A stretch of 64,000 nt of DNA from Takakia lepidozioides (taxonomy: Eukaryota > Plantae > Bryophyta). Positions 62,404 through 64,000 of the stretch are shown one piece after another. The position numbers and the translations under genes were made by a program. The stretch covers positions 16,492,001-16,556,000 of the forward strand of contig CM060733.1 of NCBI GenBank assembly GCA_030704615.1, given 5' to 3'. Under the pieces are notes generated by a model, which saw only the letters and a list, made by a program, of their open reading frames with translations, was not told the origin of the DNA and made no database searches. The stretch's first letter is position 1. Every line of letters starts with the position of its first letter.

Positions 62404-64000
62404 ATGGGGAGTCCGCAATCGGGAGTCCCTGCATTGAGGGGAAATGCACAGGGCCCATCTTCAGCTGTGGAGACGGATGTCGACGGATTTGAGGTATTGG
62501 ATTTGATCAACTTTCAGATGGAGACGGTATCAGGATCGGAAATGAGTGGACGATTTGTGGTCTGCCCAACCGCATCTCAGGTGGGTCCGTGCTTCTATTG
62601 GTCTAGTGTATAGCCACAGTTTAGTTTTTTCGTTCATCCCTATTTCTCCTCACACCTGTAGGAATGAGCAGTGGTTCGAGATTTTACTTGATCGAGTATG
62701 AATGATAGTTGAGTATTGGACTGGATTGGAGAATGAACTGCGGTTATCAGAGAGCAAGCCTGGCATTCGCTCTGTCATGACGACGATAGAGTTACAAGTT
62801 AGTAATTTGAAAGAGCAGGATAGACTGGCCATGACTCACAAGTCTTGCTGCCTCTCTGCATTCCCGTTGGGTCTCAAGGACCTGCAACGCAAAAGTTTTT
62901 AGTGAATTAGTGACACACGATAGGAGCTACCTGAATTATAATGGAGACAGCCACTTTTCAAAGAAGTGCCCTTATCTGCTAAAATTCCCATTTTGGAGCT
63001 TCGTGGAGCTCTTCTCGTGGAGAGCACAGATGGTTATATGTTTCTATATAGGCCATTTGGTTCCTTCCCAAGATTGGTGAACTGAAGTGTGTCATAGCAT
63101 ACTACTTACAGCTGTGTTGGGGGTGTCCCCTTTGCAACATCATTTCCTGATTGACCAAAAAGGTAAAGGGCGTGTAAACGTAGCTTTACCTTGATTGCTG
63201 AAGCATCTTTTGCATGTGTGTCTGTATGTGTCTCCTATTTTTCTGACTGTCACTGTTGACTGTTGTGCTAACATTGCCATGCAGCCTTTCAAAGTACTAC
63301 ATGGGGGCATCACAGCATACATATCTGAGACCTTGGCCAGCATGGGAGCCCAGATTGCTTCTGGGTGGGCAAGAATAGCAGGCATAGAACTGAATGTTAA
63401 CCACTTGCGAGCGGCACCTATGGGAGTTGAGGTCTTTGTCAAGGCAGCACCCCTCATGGTGGGGAAGAGGATTCAGGTATTTCAGTTTTCCATTAGCTTG
63501 AGGCGAAAACAGAACAATTGCCAAGATAGTTGGCTGTCAAATCAAAGCTTGTCGAATTTGCACGCAGAAAGTAAGCATGTATGAAGCTTCATTTTGCTAT
63601 GCATAAACCTGCCAGTGTCTATCACAATGAGATTAAAAAGGCACAGTTTTCAGACCGGTAAAGTGTACATGAGATGTGTGTATCAAGGAATGACTTAGAA
63701 TTTATCTTTCTAGATAACACCTTGGTGGAAGACCAGGAAAATTGGTCGACATTTTTAGTCTTCTCAACCCTGGAATACAGTAGCTAGTTATGACCCTCTG
63801 AAAGCATTAGAGTCACACGTTCATGCTCATTAAAGCTACTAGTGCCTTAAGCTCCTAGCTCCTTGACTTGACACGAACTCTTCTGGAGTACAAAGTTATT
63901 TCGTATGTGTCAGTTTTCAATTGATGAATGTGTTGGGCTTTCTTGGTTCAGGTGTGGGAGGTAAAGTTTTCAAGTACAGGGTTAAGGGAAGATGCAACCT
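62404..64000 (+). CDS. DHNAT: 1,4-dihydroxy-2-naphthoyl-CoA thioesterase-like (hotdog fold), runs off the window
   Basis: Exons 62404-62580, ~63285-63476 and from 63952: QPFKVLHGGITAYISETLASMGA..GIELNVNHLRAA..VGKRIQVWEVKF. Confidence 0.88.

Overview
Eukaryotic, intron-rich, TE-dense land-plant DNA; a non-seed plant such as a bryophyte is inferred from the TE repertoire. Host genes: a SAWADEE plus RRM-like chromatin protein (28856-31586, -), MTHFR (48004-52990, +) and the 5' part of a DHNAT-like hotdog thioesterase (62404 to window end, +). Most of the rest is nested transposons. The main finding is an 11.45-kb Mutator-like DNA transposon (4244-15695; 9-bp TSD AAGCCCAAG, confirmed by an empty-site copy in the window). 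It carries a GCM-like/DDE/SWIM transposase and a divergent spliced accessory gene that appears to join a ParB/Srx-like domain (VWDGNHRL) to a bacterial-type beta-class N4C/N6A DNA-methyltransferase fold. The introns of that gene hold about 11 copies of a 22-26-bp palindrome (possible parS-like sites). A second, diverged and internally deleted member of the family lies at ~37004-44670. The first copy sits inside a Ty3/gypsy element that carries a degenerate C5-cytosine methyltransferase after the protease; an adjacent gypsy pol ends in a PHD finger. Also present: a Harbinger element with captured host exons, a pogo-like element, an RNase H plus RLE LINE fragment with a tetraloop-rich 3' RNA structure, a Copia fragment, tRNA-derived SINE heads and several MITEs. 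Domain calls come from motifs recognised by eye; no database search was run.
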